DNA of 64,000 bases from the human T2T-CHM13v2.0 reference genome, Homo sapiens, in assembly GCF_009914755.1 (NCBI RefSeq), contig NC_060939.1; one strand, written 5' to 3'. A model generated the notes under the pieces. The model was not told the origin of the DNA, searched no databases, and saw only the letters and a program-made list of their open reading frames with translations. Below, piece after piece: positions 13,851 to 25,838 of the stretch (within the stretch, counting starts at the first letter, position 1; every line of letters begins with the position of its first letter). A program made the position numbers and the translations under genes.

Positions 13851-14463
13851 CCATCCTGGGTAATTATTCTGAGTATCTGTGATTTTGCTCAGCCAGGGCT
13901 CAGGGAAACTGAGTCTCAACACTGACACAGAAATCAGTTGCAGGCAAGAAAACGAGCAAAAACTCACACTTAATCATGGGTAAAGAAAGGAGCATTATAA
14001 AAATCAAGTCTGTGGAATTGATCAGAAATCTAGAACAGGATACAAATCAAAGAATTTAAAATGTCAGATACAGTTGAGGAGTGGGTTCATAAAACAAAGC
14101 CAAGACAGCTTCCCTGAGGAAAAGACACAGAGGGAGATGCAAGTATTTTTAATCTTTTATCATGATAATGAAAAATACAATGATGGCAACAAATTACAAC
14201 AACAACTCATTTATCAAATCATATTTGGGCCAGACACTGAACTACGTTCTTTAGATAATCCATCCCCACAAGTACCCTAGGAAGTGTATGTTTTTTCCCG
14301 TTTTAACAACAAGAAGACTCAGGTTTTAAGTACATAAGTTAATTTCCCTAAGGCCAAAGTTAGGAAGTGCCTGAACCACTTTCAAAATAAGATATCTCTC
14401 TCAAAAGTCTGTGATGTTTTCTATTATATTATATTGTTCCCCCCCCGCCCCCCGCCCAGTAAA

Positions 14464-14675
14464 GGTTGAGTATCCCTAACCTAAACATCCAAAATGTTCG
14501 AAAATACGAAACTTTTTGAACACCAACATGACCCTCAAGGGAAGTGTTCATTGGAGGATTTCAGATTAAAGATGGTCAACTGGTATACACTCTGCAAATA
14601 TTCCCCAATTTGAAAATCTCCCAAATCCAAAACACTTCTGGCCCCAACCATTTCAGATAAGGGATACTGAACGTG
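14464..14675 (+). mobile_element. Tigger4a/MER46-type DNA transposon
   Basis: AGGTTGAGTATCCCTAA...ATTTCAGATAAGGGATACTGAACGTG inverted termini. Confidence 0.7.
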
Positions 14676-14749
14676 CATTAACATTTTTCTTGGTTTTTAT
14701 TTTCCCCATTTCTATAAGTATGTATTTTCTTTGAATTCTTCAAATTCAG

Positions 14750-15048
14750 TTTTTGTTTGTTTGAGATGGAGTCTTGCTCTGTCACTCAGGCTGGAGTGTA
14801 GTGGCGCAATCTTGGTTCACTGAAACCTCTGCCTCCTGGGTTCGACTGATTCTCCTGCCTCAGCCTCCCGAGTAGCTGGGATTACAGGCGCGTGCCACCA
14901 CGATCAACTAATTTTTTTCTATTTTTTGGTAGAGGCAGGTTTTCGCCATGTTGGCCAGGCTGGTCCTGAACTCCTGACCTCAAGTGATCTGCCCACCTCG
15001 GCATTCCCAAAGTGCTAGGATTACAGGCGTGAGCCACTGTGCCTAGCC
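14750..15048 (-). mobile_element. AluS
   Basis: Full-length reversed Alu dimer. Confidence 0.95.
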
Positions 15049-15049
15049 C

Positions 15050-16300
15050 AAATTTTATTTTTTAAGATCACACTTGAATGCATACATTCTCTAATCATCA
15101 AATTCATGAATGATATAACTTTTGACTTACTTTACAAGATGAAGAATTTCATACTCTTCTTTCCCACATACACTCCTTTTCCCCCATTCTTGCCAACTTC
15201 ATTTAGAATTATGGACATATTTATTACTTTTATTCTATCTCAAGAAAAATTTCCAACTGTACTTTATTTACAACTTTTTTAAACTTAATTTAGTATGTTA
15301 AGCTGGGGTTATCACAATTCTTTTGAACTCATTTTTGCTATTGAGTTTTTGTCTTTAACATGTTGTTTCACTGGAACGTATCTTTAATGTTTTCAAGAAA
15401 ATGCATGGGTGGTATCTTTTTTGAACCCTTGACTAGAATATCTAAGAATCTCTTTTTGTTTTCTTTGCAAATTAACATTTCAGCTTGAGTCATAAGCACT
15501 TTCTAGTACCATTTAGACTTTACTCATTTCTCATGTAGCATCTAGTCTTGTGCTGTACCCTTAATTCAGCCTATTCTCATTTTTTATCATAAGTAACATT
15601 TGTTTTGTCTGGATGTTTGTAGAATATTTTAAAATCTTTTCCATTTGAACAAATTTGCTAGATTATGTCTGTGTACATCTTTACTTTTGCCCGGAACATG
15701 GTGCAGTATTTTAAGTTGTACATTTCTTTTTCTAGCTCAAGTTTTTATTCCGTTTTTCTCCATGGTAAAGCAACGTCATTTGTTCTGGTTATATTTCCCT
15801 TGGGTCCTTCTTGTCCATAGAGTAAGTCTTTGTTTTTGATGGACCAACTTACCTATCTTTTCTGTCATCATTTTTTGTTTCTTTTCTCTGCATTGATAGA
15901 AAAATTCTCTACCTTGTTTTCTACATTATTTATTTGGCTTTTTGTGATTTCAATTCTGGTCTTCACTGCATCAGAATTGAAGTTTGATTCCACAATTTTA
16001 TTTTTAGTTTACCTGAATTCAATTCTTACATGTCAGTTTCCTTTTCAATCTCAGAATCTCAAGTGTCACCTTTTTCATCAATTTCATTCTTACTTCAGAA
16101 AGTACATACTGCCTAGTATTAAGAACACAAAAAAAGCAGGATTAAATCTTTTTTCTGTTTTATGCAGTCAGCTTTCCCTTAAACAGGCATGCTTTTTCTC
16201 TGCCTCATTGGTCTAGCGAGTCTCCTGTTACATGTTACGGAATATTTTTCATAGACTCAATGTATCTTTATACCATCCCCCAGCGCATATGCACTTACTC
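15050..16300 (-). mobile_element. HAL1/old L1 fragment
   Basis: TTTTCAAGAAAATGCATGGGTGGTATCTTTT...CTTTTTGTTTTCT resembles reversed HAL1. Confidence 0.5.
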
Positions 16301-16569
16301 CCTCTCCAACAAGGATATAGCTGTCCAAATTGTTTGTACTCTGGATCTGCCAGAATCTTCCTCTTAAATGTTTAACTGAAGAGTAAGCTATGGTGTCTAG
16401 CTAGCAATGTGTACTGTTACACTATGACATGAATTTCTCTTGCTTCCCTGTTTCTTTGTAAATAAAAGGTGAATTCATTACTAAATACTTTGAAACATTC
16501 CATAGTCTTTTTGTGGCCTGAAACAGTGCAGGGGAAACTCTGATTCCAAGACACAGAGCTCTCAATGTA

Positions 16570-17096
16570 TCTGGCAGATTGTATTTTTCAAAGGTAGCCA
16601 CAGCAAATATATACCTCATTCCTTGGTTCTTCTAACAAAGTGACATCAAACATCCTTCACCAGGAGATGAAGTCTATGTTCTCCCGTCTTGAGTACAGAT
16701 GGAACTTTGTAGCTGCTTCCATGAACAGGCTGCAGCAGAACTAACATGGCTGACTTCTGAGGCTAGGTCATAAAAGTCACAGGGCTCCCTCTCTGAGGCA
16801 GGTACACTGGGAGCCGGGAGCCTGCATGCATTAAGTCTGGCTGCCCTGAGGCTGTCATGCTGGAGAGATCAGGGTGAGAGCCCGCAAACAGATACCCAAA
16901 GAGGCCCAGCTATTCTCACCCGCAGCTGTTTGTCTTTGTAGACCAGGTGCCAGGTGCCAAATGAGATGATCCCAGCTGACAGTAGAGTCCAGCTCTCCCT
17001 CCTAAGCCCTGTCCTGACTGCAGATTTCTTGAGCAAAGTACGTATTGTTTTAAACCACTAAGTTCTGTGGTGGGTTGTCACCCAGCAGTAGATAAT
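16570..17096 (+). mobile_element. MLT1H-like MaLR LTR
   Basis: TGGCAGATTGTATTTTTCAAAGGTAGCCACAGC...GACTTCTGAGGCTAGGTCATAAAA...CCACTAAGTT..GCAGTAGATAA. Confidence 0.72.
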
Positions 17097-17927
17097 TTTT
17101 TAAAAGTTTCCCATCCTTATTCGCACTTACATTATTTTACATCCCAGGGCATACTCTGCAACCACCCATGCATTTCACGGAGGCCCACTGCGCCTTTCTG
17201 GGAGTTGCAATTGCACAGATAGATTCAGCAAGGTGAGAATGCCATCCTCAGGCAGCCAGGAGGTGACTGTCAGGCTATTTGGTTGGGGAACCAGCCAGCA
17301 TCCCCTCTGTAGAACCTTCCTCTCTTTTTCCTATGGAGGAAGTAGGAACTCCTCTTCCTTGGTCATCCCATCTGTCCTGTGTGAGGAGTAATTTCCCTGA
17401 GAAACTGACCATCCATAGTCAGGATCCTGGGTTTTCAGCCTTTTATGTCCTGTGAGCCTCTGGATTTTTGTTGGGTAAAGGCAGTTAGGAGGGGGAAATC
17501 CAGGCAACCATTATGATCCAGAAGCTCAGTATCTCAGCTTTCATTCTGAGATTCAGATATGCCACCAAAACAACATTCAGACACAAAATAAAACGGCAGG
17601 TTTCCTCTCCTCCACTCCCCCGTTCCCTGGCCATGTCATTAGTCGTCTATGCTCCCTCCCTGCGGGACTGCACAGTGCGAGGATTCCCAGAGAATGAAAA
17701 TAACCAGCGTCATCTTTAGAGCCAATTGTTCCTCTTAGTCCTTTTTTCTATAGCCCCAAATACAATAAAAAAAGGGGAATGAATATAAATACTAAAATAC
17801 TGCTTAAAATTGTCTAACTCTAGGCTTCTTTTGATACCATTCTAAGCCAATTCTTCTCAAGTCATGATGTACACCTGCAGAGCTTGTTAAACTTTAAATT
17901 CTGATTCAGCACATCTGGTCTGAGAGT

Positions 17928-18152
17928 ATTCTCTCTCCCTCCCTCCCTCCCTCCCTCCCTCTCTCCCTCTCCCTCTCTCCCTCTCCCCCCTCCCTTGTCT
18001 CTCTCTCTCTCTCCTCCTCCCTCCCTCTCTCACCTCCCTCCCTGTCTCTCTCTCCCTCTCTCTCCCTCCCTCCCTCTCCCTCTCCCCCCACCCCTGTCTC
18101 TCCCTCTCTATCCTCCTCCCTCCCTCCCTCCTTCCCTCTCTCCCTCCCTTCC
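17928..18152. repeat. CT-rich polypyrimidine low-complexity tract within a MER5A-like element (~17850-18205)
   Basis: CCCT/CT mosaic; flanks ATTCTGATTCAG and GGACCACACTTTGAGTAGC are MER5A-like. Confidence 0.85.
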
Positions 18153-18819
18153 ATGTAATAATGCCTGTGCTGCTGCCCAGGGACCACACTTTGAGTAGCC
18201 AGGCTCTAGGCAATCCCTCTTGCTCTCACCTCCTGCCTGGCTAGGTGCAGTCTTACAGCTACTGTCACTACCATGTCCGTTTTCTTCTTTCCTCCTAATG
18301 CTTACGGGCTCTTCTTGCCATTTTCTCCTGTCCCATACCTGTTGGGCAGCTCCAGTGATGAAGGGTTTCTTCTTCTTGTGTCCTCACTTGTTTGTTCTCT
18401 CCCTCATAGTTACTGACCACTCTGGGCTTGGCTCTTTTAGGAGGCAAAAATATAGAAATGAAAGACACTGACCAAAGGCTAATGAGGGAGAAGCACAGTG
18501 AGAGCTCTCCACAATGGGATCCATGCTAGGGTGTGCAGAGGCTGGCTCAGGCGGAGAGGGGAAGCAGGTGGGAGGGAGTCAGGAGGCAGTTAGTGAGAGG
18601 GTATTCTCTGAGGACTTCCTGGAGGCGGTGACACTAGCTGGATCTTAAGATACTAGTAGGTGTAAGCCCCCTGAAGAAAGGGGGAAGGAAGGACATTCCA
18701 AGCAGAAGGAACAGCCTGCACAAGTGTTTAGAGGAGGAGACCGCATGGTGAGCTCAAGGAACTGTAATTAAGCACGGATGGAGTGTACGGTGTGTGAACG
18801 GCTGGGGGAGGGTTACGGT

Positions 18820-19202
18820 TGTATATTATCTGCTCCGGCTGCCATAACAAAATACTACAGACTGGGAGGCTTAAAGAACAGAAATGTGTTCTCTCCCCAT
18901 TCTCAAGACTAGAATACCAAGATCAAGGTGTTGACAGGTTTGGTTTCTTTTGAGGCCTCTCTCCTTTGCTTGCAGATAATTGCCTTCCACCTGTGTCCTT
19001 CCATGGTCATCTCTCTATGTATATCTGTGTCTTGATCTCTTCCAATAAGGATACAGTCCTATTGGATTGGAGCCATATGAGCTTGTTTCACCTTGGTTAC
19101 CTCTTTAAAGGCCCTGTCTCCAAATACAGTCACATTCTGAGGTGGTAGGGGTTGAGTTTGAAACATACGAATTTTGGGGGAGATACAGTTCCGCCCATAA
19201 CA
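18820..19202 (-). mobile_element. MLT1B-like MaLR LTR
   Basis: GGCTGCCATAACAAAATACTACAGACTGGG...CCAAATACAGTCACATTCTGAGG...CAGTTCCGCCCATAACA. Confidence 0.8.
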
Positions 19203-20049
19203 GGTCATCAAAGGTTGGACAGACTTCTTGTTCTGTTTGTTCACTCCTCACTCCTCAACCCTCCTACTTGCTGTAGTATGGGAGAGGCGTATGCCTGGAG
19301 GAATGGCAAGGAGGCAGCGTAAGGAAGCTAGGGTGCAGGAAACAAATGTATCCCGAGCAGAGGTTTTGTATCTTTCTCCCATGGGTATATGATGTCTCTA
19401 TAACCCATTCTCTTAATTTAGGTTTTCTTTCTCTGTAGTGGCAGTCTACACCCTGGAGATTTTTTTTCCATGACCTCCTTGTATGTTCTCCAGAAACTCT
19501 TCTTTCACTTTGATCAGTCCAAGGGTTAATGGACTGACTGCACCATGCCCACTTGAGGTACACAGGCCTGGCACCCACTACCCCTCAGGAGGGCAGACAG
19601 CTGTGACCACTTTCTGCTGAGCTTGGAACTCACGATACTCTTGACATATAATCACTATCCCTCATGCTTCCTTTGTGGAAATGCTGTTGGGCCTTCAACT
19701 GGTTTCCAGTGCTGGCTCATGTCATTTGCCTACCATAGCATAACCCACTCTCCAAATATCAAGGTTTGTGTGCATTTTTCAGAGACCAGGAGCAAAGGTG
19801 GGAAAACCCTCCTCCGAGAGAGAGGACGAAAGACATTGTGTCCAGGAAAGGGGCTCGTGGGGACAATTTTTGCTGCAAGAAGGGTGTGTGTGTAGTTGCA
19901 CAGAGGATGCAGAGGAGGTCCCTGGGGGGAATGCCTGGAAGGAACTTTTCTATAAACATTGACGCCTTCTGAACATTGACACCTTCTGGATCTCTTCTGT
20001 CCTAATCAGAGGTATTAAGCTTCTTGGCACGAGGCCTGGTGGTCACTGA

Positions 20050-20377
<328 letters not shown>

Positions 20378-21842
20378 GATCCTTTATTTTTATAGTAAAA
20401 CACTTTCTATACCCTTAAGAAGCTAACAGTCTATGTGGATAAACAAATTCTATTTATATGCATATCAACAGAAGCAGCAAATGATGATCTCCCCAAATGT
20501 ACTAATATTGGGAAATGTTTATTATCTCTATTCTTTCTCCTTTACCTCAAAACTCATTTTCCATAAATATAACAGATTCCTAAAACCCTGGTTTTCTCAT
20601 ATCAATTCTTTCTATTTCCATTAATGGTCTTCTTTCTTTCTTCTGTTTCTCCAGTTGAATTCACCATTTTTTAGAAGTATATCTACATTGATGTTTATCA
20701 TTTTCACTTCTTTGCTGAGCTTTAGGGCACATTCAAATTAAGAGATATAATTCACAATATGAAACTATGAATATAGTAAGTAGCAAACGGAGGCTATTTG
20801 GTAGAAAGGCATATGGACCAGGCTAATTGGAAAATGGGGGTGGGGAGAGAAAAACTCTGAGAAAAAGAAAATAAGCTTCAACTCAGCCCAAATATTAGTT
20901 TCAAGCCAAATAAGTTGGCCTAGCCCCAATTCTATCCTTGGTTGGACACAACATAGGATTGGTGCATTTTCAGAAAAAAAAAAAAAATTCACAGGGTGAG
21001 AATCTAAGCATCCATTTTCCATCCCAGTGACAATCAGAAATCATTCTTTGCATTTATTCTTCAACTTTGTATTTGCCTGTGAACAAAACTGAAGCTGGCA
21101 AAAGATGCTTCACGTGAATTACTTGAACAACAATTTCTCATTGTGTTGAATTACACTGAGGCTGCTTGCTGGGAAATCTTTCACAGTCCAGTAACAGAGG
21201 AAGATATTGTCGTTTTTTCCCACGACCATATAGTTAACCCACTTCTCTCCTACCAAAATGAATAGACAGTCCTCTCTAAAATGAGGGAGGAAAGCTCTTC
21301 AAATCCTGATCACTAAGCATTTACCTATAGCTTATCAATATCTTACGAACCAAAAGCCAGTTTATCTTCTCATGTCACCCCACTTTCTTTTTTGCTTCCC
21401 TACATCAGATTTTAAGATTACTTGGCTTCTCAATGTTTAGAATACCTCTAGTAGCCAACAAAGTAAGGAATCACGGAACCACAGCCTTAGCTAGCAATAT
21501 TTTCATCTTGAAAAGTCATCTAGTCCAGAAAGTAGTTGAGAGGCTAAAATAATCATAAAGGTTCTAGAGTCATTCATAATACCAACCTCTTCCTAAATTC
21601 ACCATCCACCACTAGAGGGAGAGATGAATGAAAAAGGCCCTAGCATGGAAGTGGAGGTTACAGCATTTCTCCAAGGCAACATTTAAGGAAGCCCAGTTGA
21701 GGCCTTTAATGGGGTTTAAGTTGTCGGCTTTCCTGCTCACATGAGTGTTAACCGTCTATTTCAGAGGCTTGTTGGAGGGGGCACTGCAGTTCATGGAAGG
21801 GTTAAACCCCCTCTACCTCCCTTTCTTTCTCCTCCCTGCTCC

Positions 21843-22288
21843 CGTGTCAGGAGTTGGTTCCTTCCTGTGGGTTCGTGGTCTCGCTGACTTCAAGAATGAA
21901 GCTGCGGACCTTTGCGGTGAGTGTTACAGCTCTTAAAGGTGGCACGGACCCAAAGAGTGAGTAGCAGCAAGATTTATTGTGAAGAGCGAAAGAACAAAGC
22001 TTCCACAGCGTGGCGGGGGGGGGGGGCAGCTTTTGTTCCCTTATTTGTCCCCACTCATGTCCTGCTGATTGGTCCATTTTTCAGAGTGCTGATTGGTCCA
22101 TTTTACAAACCTCTAGCTAGCTACAGAGCACCGATTGGTGCGTTTTTACAGAGCACTGATTGGTGCATTTTACAAACCTCTAGCTAGCTACAGAGTGCTG
22201 ATTGGTGCATTTTACAATGCTCTTGTGAGACAGAAAAGTTCTCCAAGTCCCCATCCGACCCAGGAAGTCCAGCTGGCTTCACCTCTCA
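21843..22288 (-). mobile_element. ERV9 solo LTR (LTR12F/LTR12-like)
   Basis: Minus strand starts TGAGAGGTGAAGCCAGCTGGACTTCCTGGGTCGG; tandem GCACCAATCAGCACTCTGTAGCTAG repeats; 4-bp TSD CTCC. Confidence 0.9.
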
Positions 22289-22836
22289 CTCCCACCAATT
22301 TGGGGTGGCAAATGTAGACTCAATTCCTGCCACTTGCTGGCGGTGAGCTCCCAAAATCCACCTACTGTTGTTTCTTTTGAGAAAAAAAAGGGGCTAATAA
22401 GACCAGCTCTCCCTGTTGTAAGCTTCAGCTGAGATACAGGACATAGAAGTACTTCATAAGCATTAACGTGCTGTACAGATACAAGGATGTTTACTATTTT
22501 TCTGCTGCTTCCTCTATCTGCATACGGGGCTAGGGGAATGCCAAGCAGAAGCACTTGGTGCTCATAAACCCACCTTATCATCCCTGGAGCCCTGATCTAC
22601 AAGTAAATAAAGGACGAGCAAAGAAGGAAGGGAGTTGAACTTGTTAAATTCCTTCTTTCTGACTGTTGTGAGGCCGCAGCCTGATTTCCCTGAGGCTGAC
22701 TTTGATGATTCTTTAGGCTTCAGGCACCAGGATTACTTTCATGGCTGCTTACCATTAATTATAGGAAGAATCCACAACCCTAATCCGAAATCCTTTATCT
22801 GACAGCAAAAGTGTGTGATTTCTCTAAAGACAGCTA

Positions 22837-23229
<393 letters not shown>

Positions 23230-23359
23230 AGAACAAAAAGGGCTGGACATGGATGCAAGTTTTGTCCCTTTCCAGCTTTATAAAAGAGGAACAACATAAG
23301 TCCCAGCCTCCCCATCAGATGAACCACACTGCGTGATAAACGAGATAATATGTATGTAG

Positions 23360-23610
23360 TTATAAAGAACCTGGGCTATGATGGCAGACAACCTGGTTTT
23401 CAAAGACTTGCCCTGCCACTTACTAGACAAGTGACACTGGTCAGGTTAACCTTTCTAGGCCTCAGTTGTCTCATCTGTAAAACAAGGCTAATAATAGTAT
23501 CTGGTTTAGAGGATTGCTGTGAGGATTACGTTGTAAATGCGGGTGAAGCACTGAGAATGGTGTCTGGCCATAATAAGCACACAGTAAACATTAGCTCTTG
23601 TTATTACAAA
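23360..23610 (+). mobile_element. MIR SINE
   Basis: CTGCCACTTACTAG..GTGAC...GCCTCAGTTGTCTCATCTGTAAAA...ATAATAGTA core. Confidence 0.8.
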
Positions 23611-25036
23611 GAATGTAAATAAGAGTTGAAGACTATAAAGCACTCCGCACATTTCATTAGCAATGGGGTCACCATTCATAGACAAGTCTCAGCTCAGCTT
23701 TGCAGCTTACCGTCACAGAGGCAGGGAACAGAGCTAGCTTGTCAAGGGTCTTCTCAGGAGGAAGTGGGGAGGTAGCCCATGATGCAAAGTGATGGGGAGG
23801 GAAAGAGGGGGACATAAAGATCCTGCAGAGAAGTTGGCTCCGAGTGATAGGAGGGTGTGGGGAAGAAAGAAGGGGGCAGTAAGGATTCTCATTATAGGAC
23901 TGGCCGGGAATGGTGTGGCCACTGATTCAGGAAGTGGGGAAGACGGGAAGAGACTTCAAGTGTGGGGGGAGCCAATTCAGATAGGAGGTGGCCTAGACAA
24001 GGTGAGGGCATCTCAAAGCGACACCAAGCCTGGGTGAGATCACGTCTGGAGCCACAGAAGGATGAAGCAGTTTATATTTAAATGCCATGGCAAAACAACA
24101 TCCCCACCATTACACCCTCCATTCTCATTCAAGTTCTTCGGGAGAAAGGAAAAATATGGTCGGGTTCATTGCTATTCAGTTTTGAAGTTGAGCCTGCATT
24201 TGGACACAGGCGCTTGGGAGAGTGGGTCATTTTCTTTGACACAATTATTAAGGAAACCGTTTTAAATGATTCCTTGAGTCCCCCAATGGCCCAGGTGGAA
24301 GGTGCTGTTTCCTGGTACCTGTCCAGCCCTCTGAGCTTTTCTCTCAGCTTCCAAACGCTGCAGTTGAGAACTAGCAGATCCTACTGGTAGTGCCCTGTGG
24401 CCCACACTCCTTGGTAACGGTGAGAGTGGGGAGTAATTAGGAGCGGCTGCCATGGGCCAGGCATTCAGGTCAAGGCCGAGGATGGTGGCCAGGGCCACAG
24501 AGCCAGGGGACGGGTGGGGACCCAGCAGGCCTGCGGCTGGCCGCTTGCTGAGCGCTCCAGCAGCGGGGCCCTGGGCGGATGAAGGGCCGGAGAAGGCCCT
24601 CTGCTGGGGCCGCGGCGATCTTGCAGCGCCTGGACACCGAGGCTGGGGCACTAACGGTCCGTGGGGCTCCCGACGTATTCCTCTAACTTCCCCTTTCTGT
24701 CCTTTCGGTCTGGGGCCTTTTCAACACCCCCTGTGGCCGGGGACAGCTGGGGCAGAAACCGGCAGGCGGCAGAAGCCTCGAGCAGCTCTGACCTCTGGCA
24801 CCTCCCCAAGACCCAGAGCACAACATCTGTCCCCAGAAATCCCCGGGCGGAGAAGAGCGCGCGCCAAGCCCTTCCTGGGTACTCAGTATTCTCCCTTCCT
24901 GGGAACAGCCTGCCCTCTGAGGCCTGGGCACCCGGGTTCCCGAGCGCCGGGTCCCAGCCCCGCGGGGGCGCCTCCGCACCCCATCTCCGCGCCCGGCGCA
25001 GAGCCGCCAGTCTCCGCCGCGGGGCCCCGTGCCCCG

Positions 25037-25055
25037 CAGCGCCACCTAGGGGCCG
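25037..25055 (-). promoter_or_regulatory. Candidate CTCF site
   Basis: Reverse complement CGGCCCCTAGGTGGCGCTG closely matches the CTCF consensus TGGCCACCAGGGGGCGCTA. Confidence 0.55.
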
Positions 25056-25463
25056 GGCGCCGCCTCCCGCCCTCAGGGGCACCCCCCTTACTCCGCAAGG
25101 ACTCCGGGTCTCCCCAGTTCTCCCGGCAGCCGGACCCTCCCAGCCTCGGCCGCCGGGCCGCCCTCCGCATCCCAAGCCCGCCTCCCGTGCCTCCCCGGGG
25201 GCGCACCGGCAGCGAGGAGCGGCTCGGCGAGGGCGCGCAGCGGCGGCCCAGGCCCAGGCCTTGGGGCTGGGGCTGAGGGGGTGAGAGCAGGCGCGGCCGG
25301 CGGGCAAGGGGAACCGGGCGATGGCAGCGGCGGGCGGCCGCGGGAGGCGAGGCAGCGGCGGCGGCGGGCGGCGCGACGAGCCCCTGTGATTGGCACAGCC
25401 GGAGCCGGAGGAGGAGGCCAGGGGAGGGCGGAGGCGGGGGAGGAGGAGGAGGAAGGGGCGATC

Positions 25464-25487
25464 GCGGCGGCGGCGGCGGCGGCGGCG
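25464..25487 (+). repeat. (GCG)8 trinucleotide repeat in promoter/5'UTR
   Basis: Counted directly. Confidence 0.95.
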
Positions 25488-25630
25488 AGGAGCTGTGCCT
25501 TCCACCTCTCCAGCCCCGGCAGGACGGGGGCGGCCGCCGCGAACCCGGGGCGGGGACAGCACGCAGCCTCGAGGCGCGCACCCCCGCCCGGCAGCGGCCC
25601 CGACACCCGGGGCGAGCGGGAAAGCGGCAG

Positions 25631-25651
25631 CGGCGGCGGCGGCGGCGGCGG
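25631..25651 (+). repeat. (CGG)7 repeat ending 8 nt before the ATG
   Basis: Counted directly; preceded by GCGGCAG. Confidence 0.95.
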
Positions 25652-25658
25652 GGGAAGG

Positions 25659-25838
25659 ATGCAGGGGAAGAAGCCGGGCGGTTCGTCGGGCGGCGGCCGG
25701 AGCGGCGAGCTGCAGGGGGACGAGGCGCAGAGGAACAAGAAAAAGAAAAAGAAGGTGTCCTGCTTTTCCAACATCAAGATCTTCCTGGTGTCCGAGTGCG
25801 CCCTGATGCTGGCGCAGGGCACGGTGGGCGCCTACCTG
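25659..25838 (+). CDS. SLCO3A1: First coding exon of solute carrier organic anion transporter family member 3A1 (OATP3A1), aa 1-60
   Basis: ATG at 25659 (AGGATGC) translates MQGKKPGGSSGGGRSGELQGDEAQRNKKKKKKVSCFSNIKIFLVSECALMLAQGTVGAYL, recognised as the OATP3A1 N-terminus plus start of TM1. Ends at a canonical CTG|GTGAGT donor, phase 0, inside a CpG island. Confidence 0.96.

Noticed and set aside
17887-18213. R/E/G-rich ORFs
   Set aside because: Translation of the CT simple repeat.
19955-19988. 17-bp tandem duplication AACATTGAC(G/A)CCTTCTG
   Set aside because: Ordinary micro-duplication with no functional context.
22060-22215. Periodic repeats that superficially resemble a CRISPR array
   Set aside because: These are the internal CCAAT tandem repeats of LTR12 in a eukaryotic genome, with no unique spacers.
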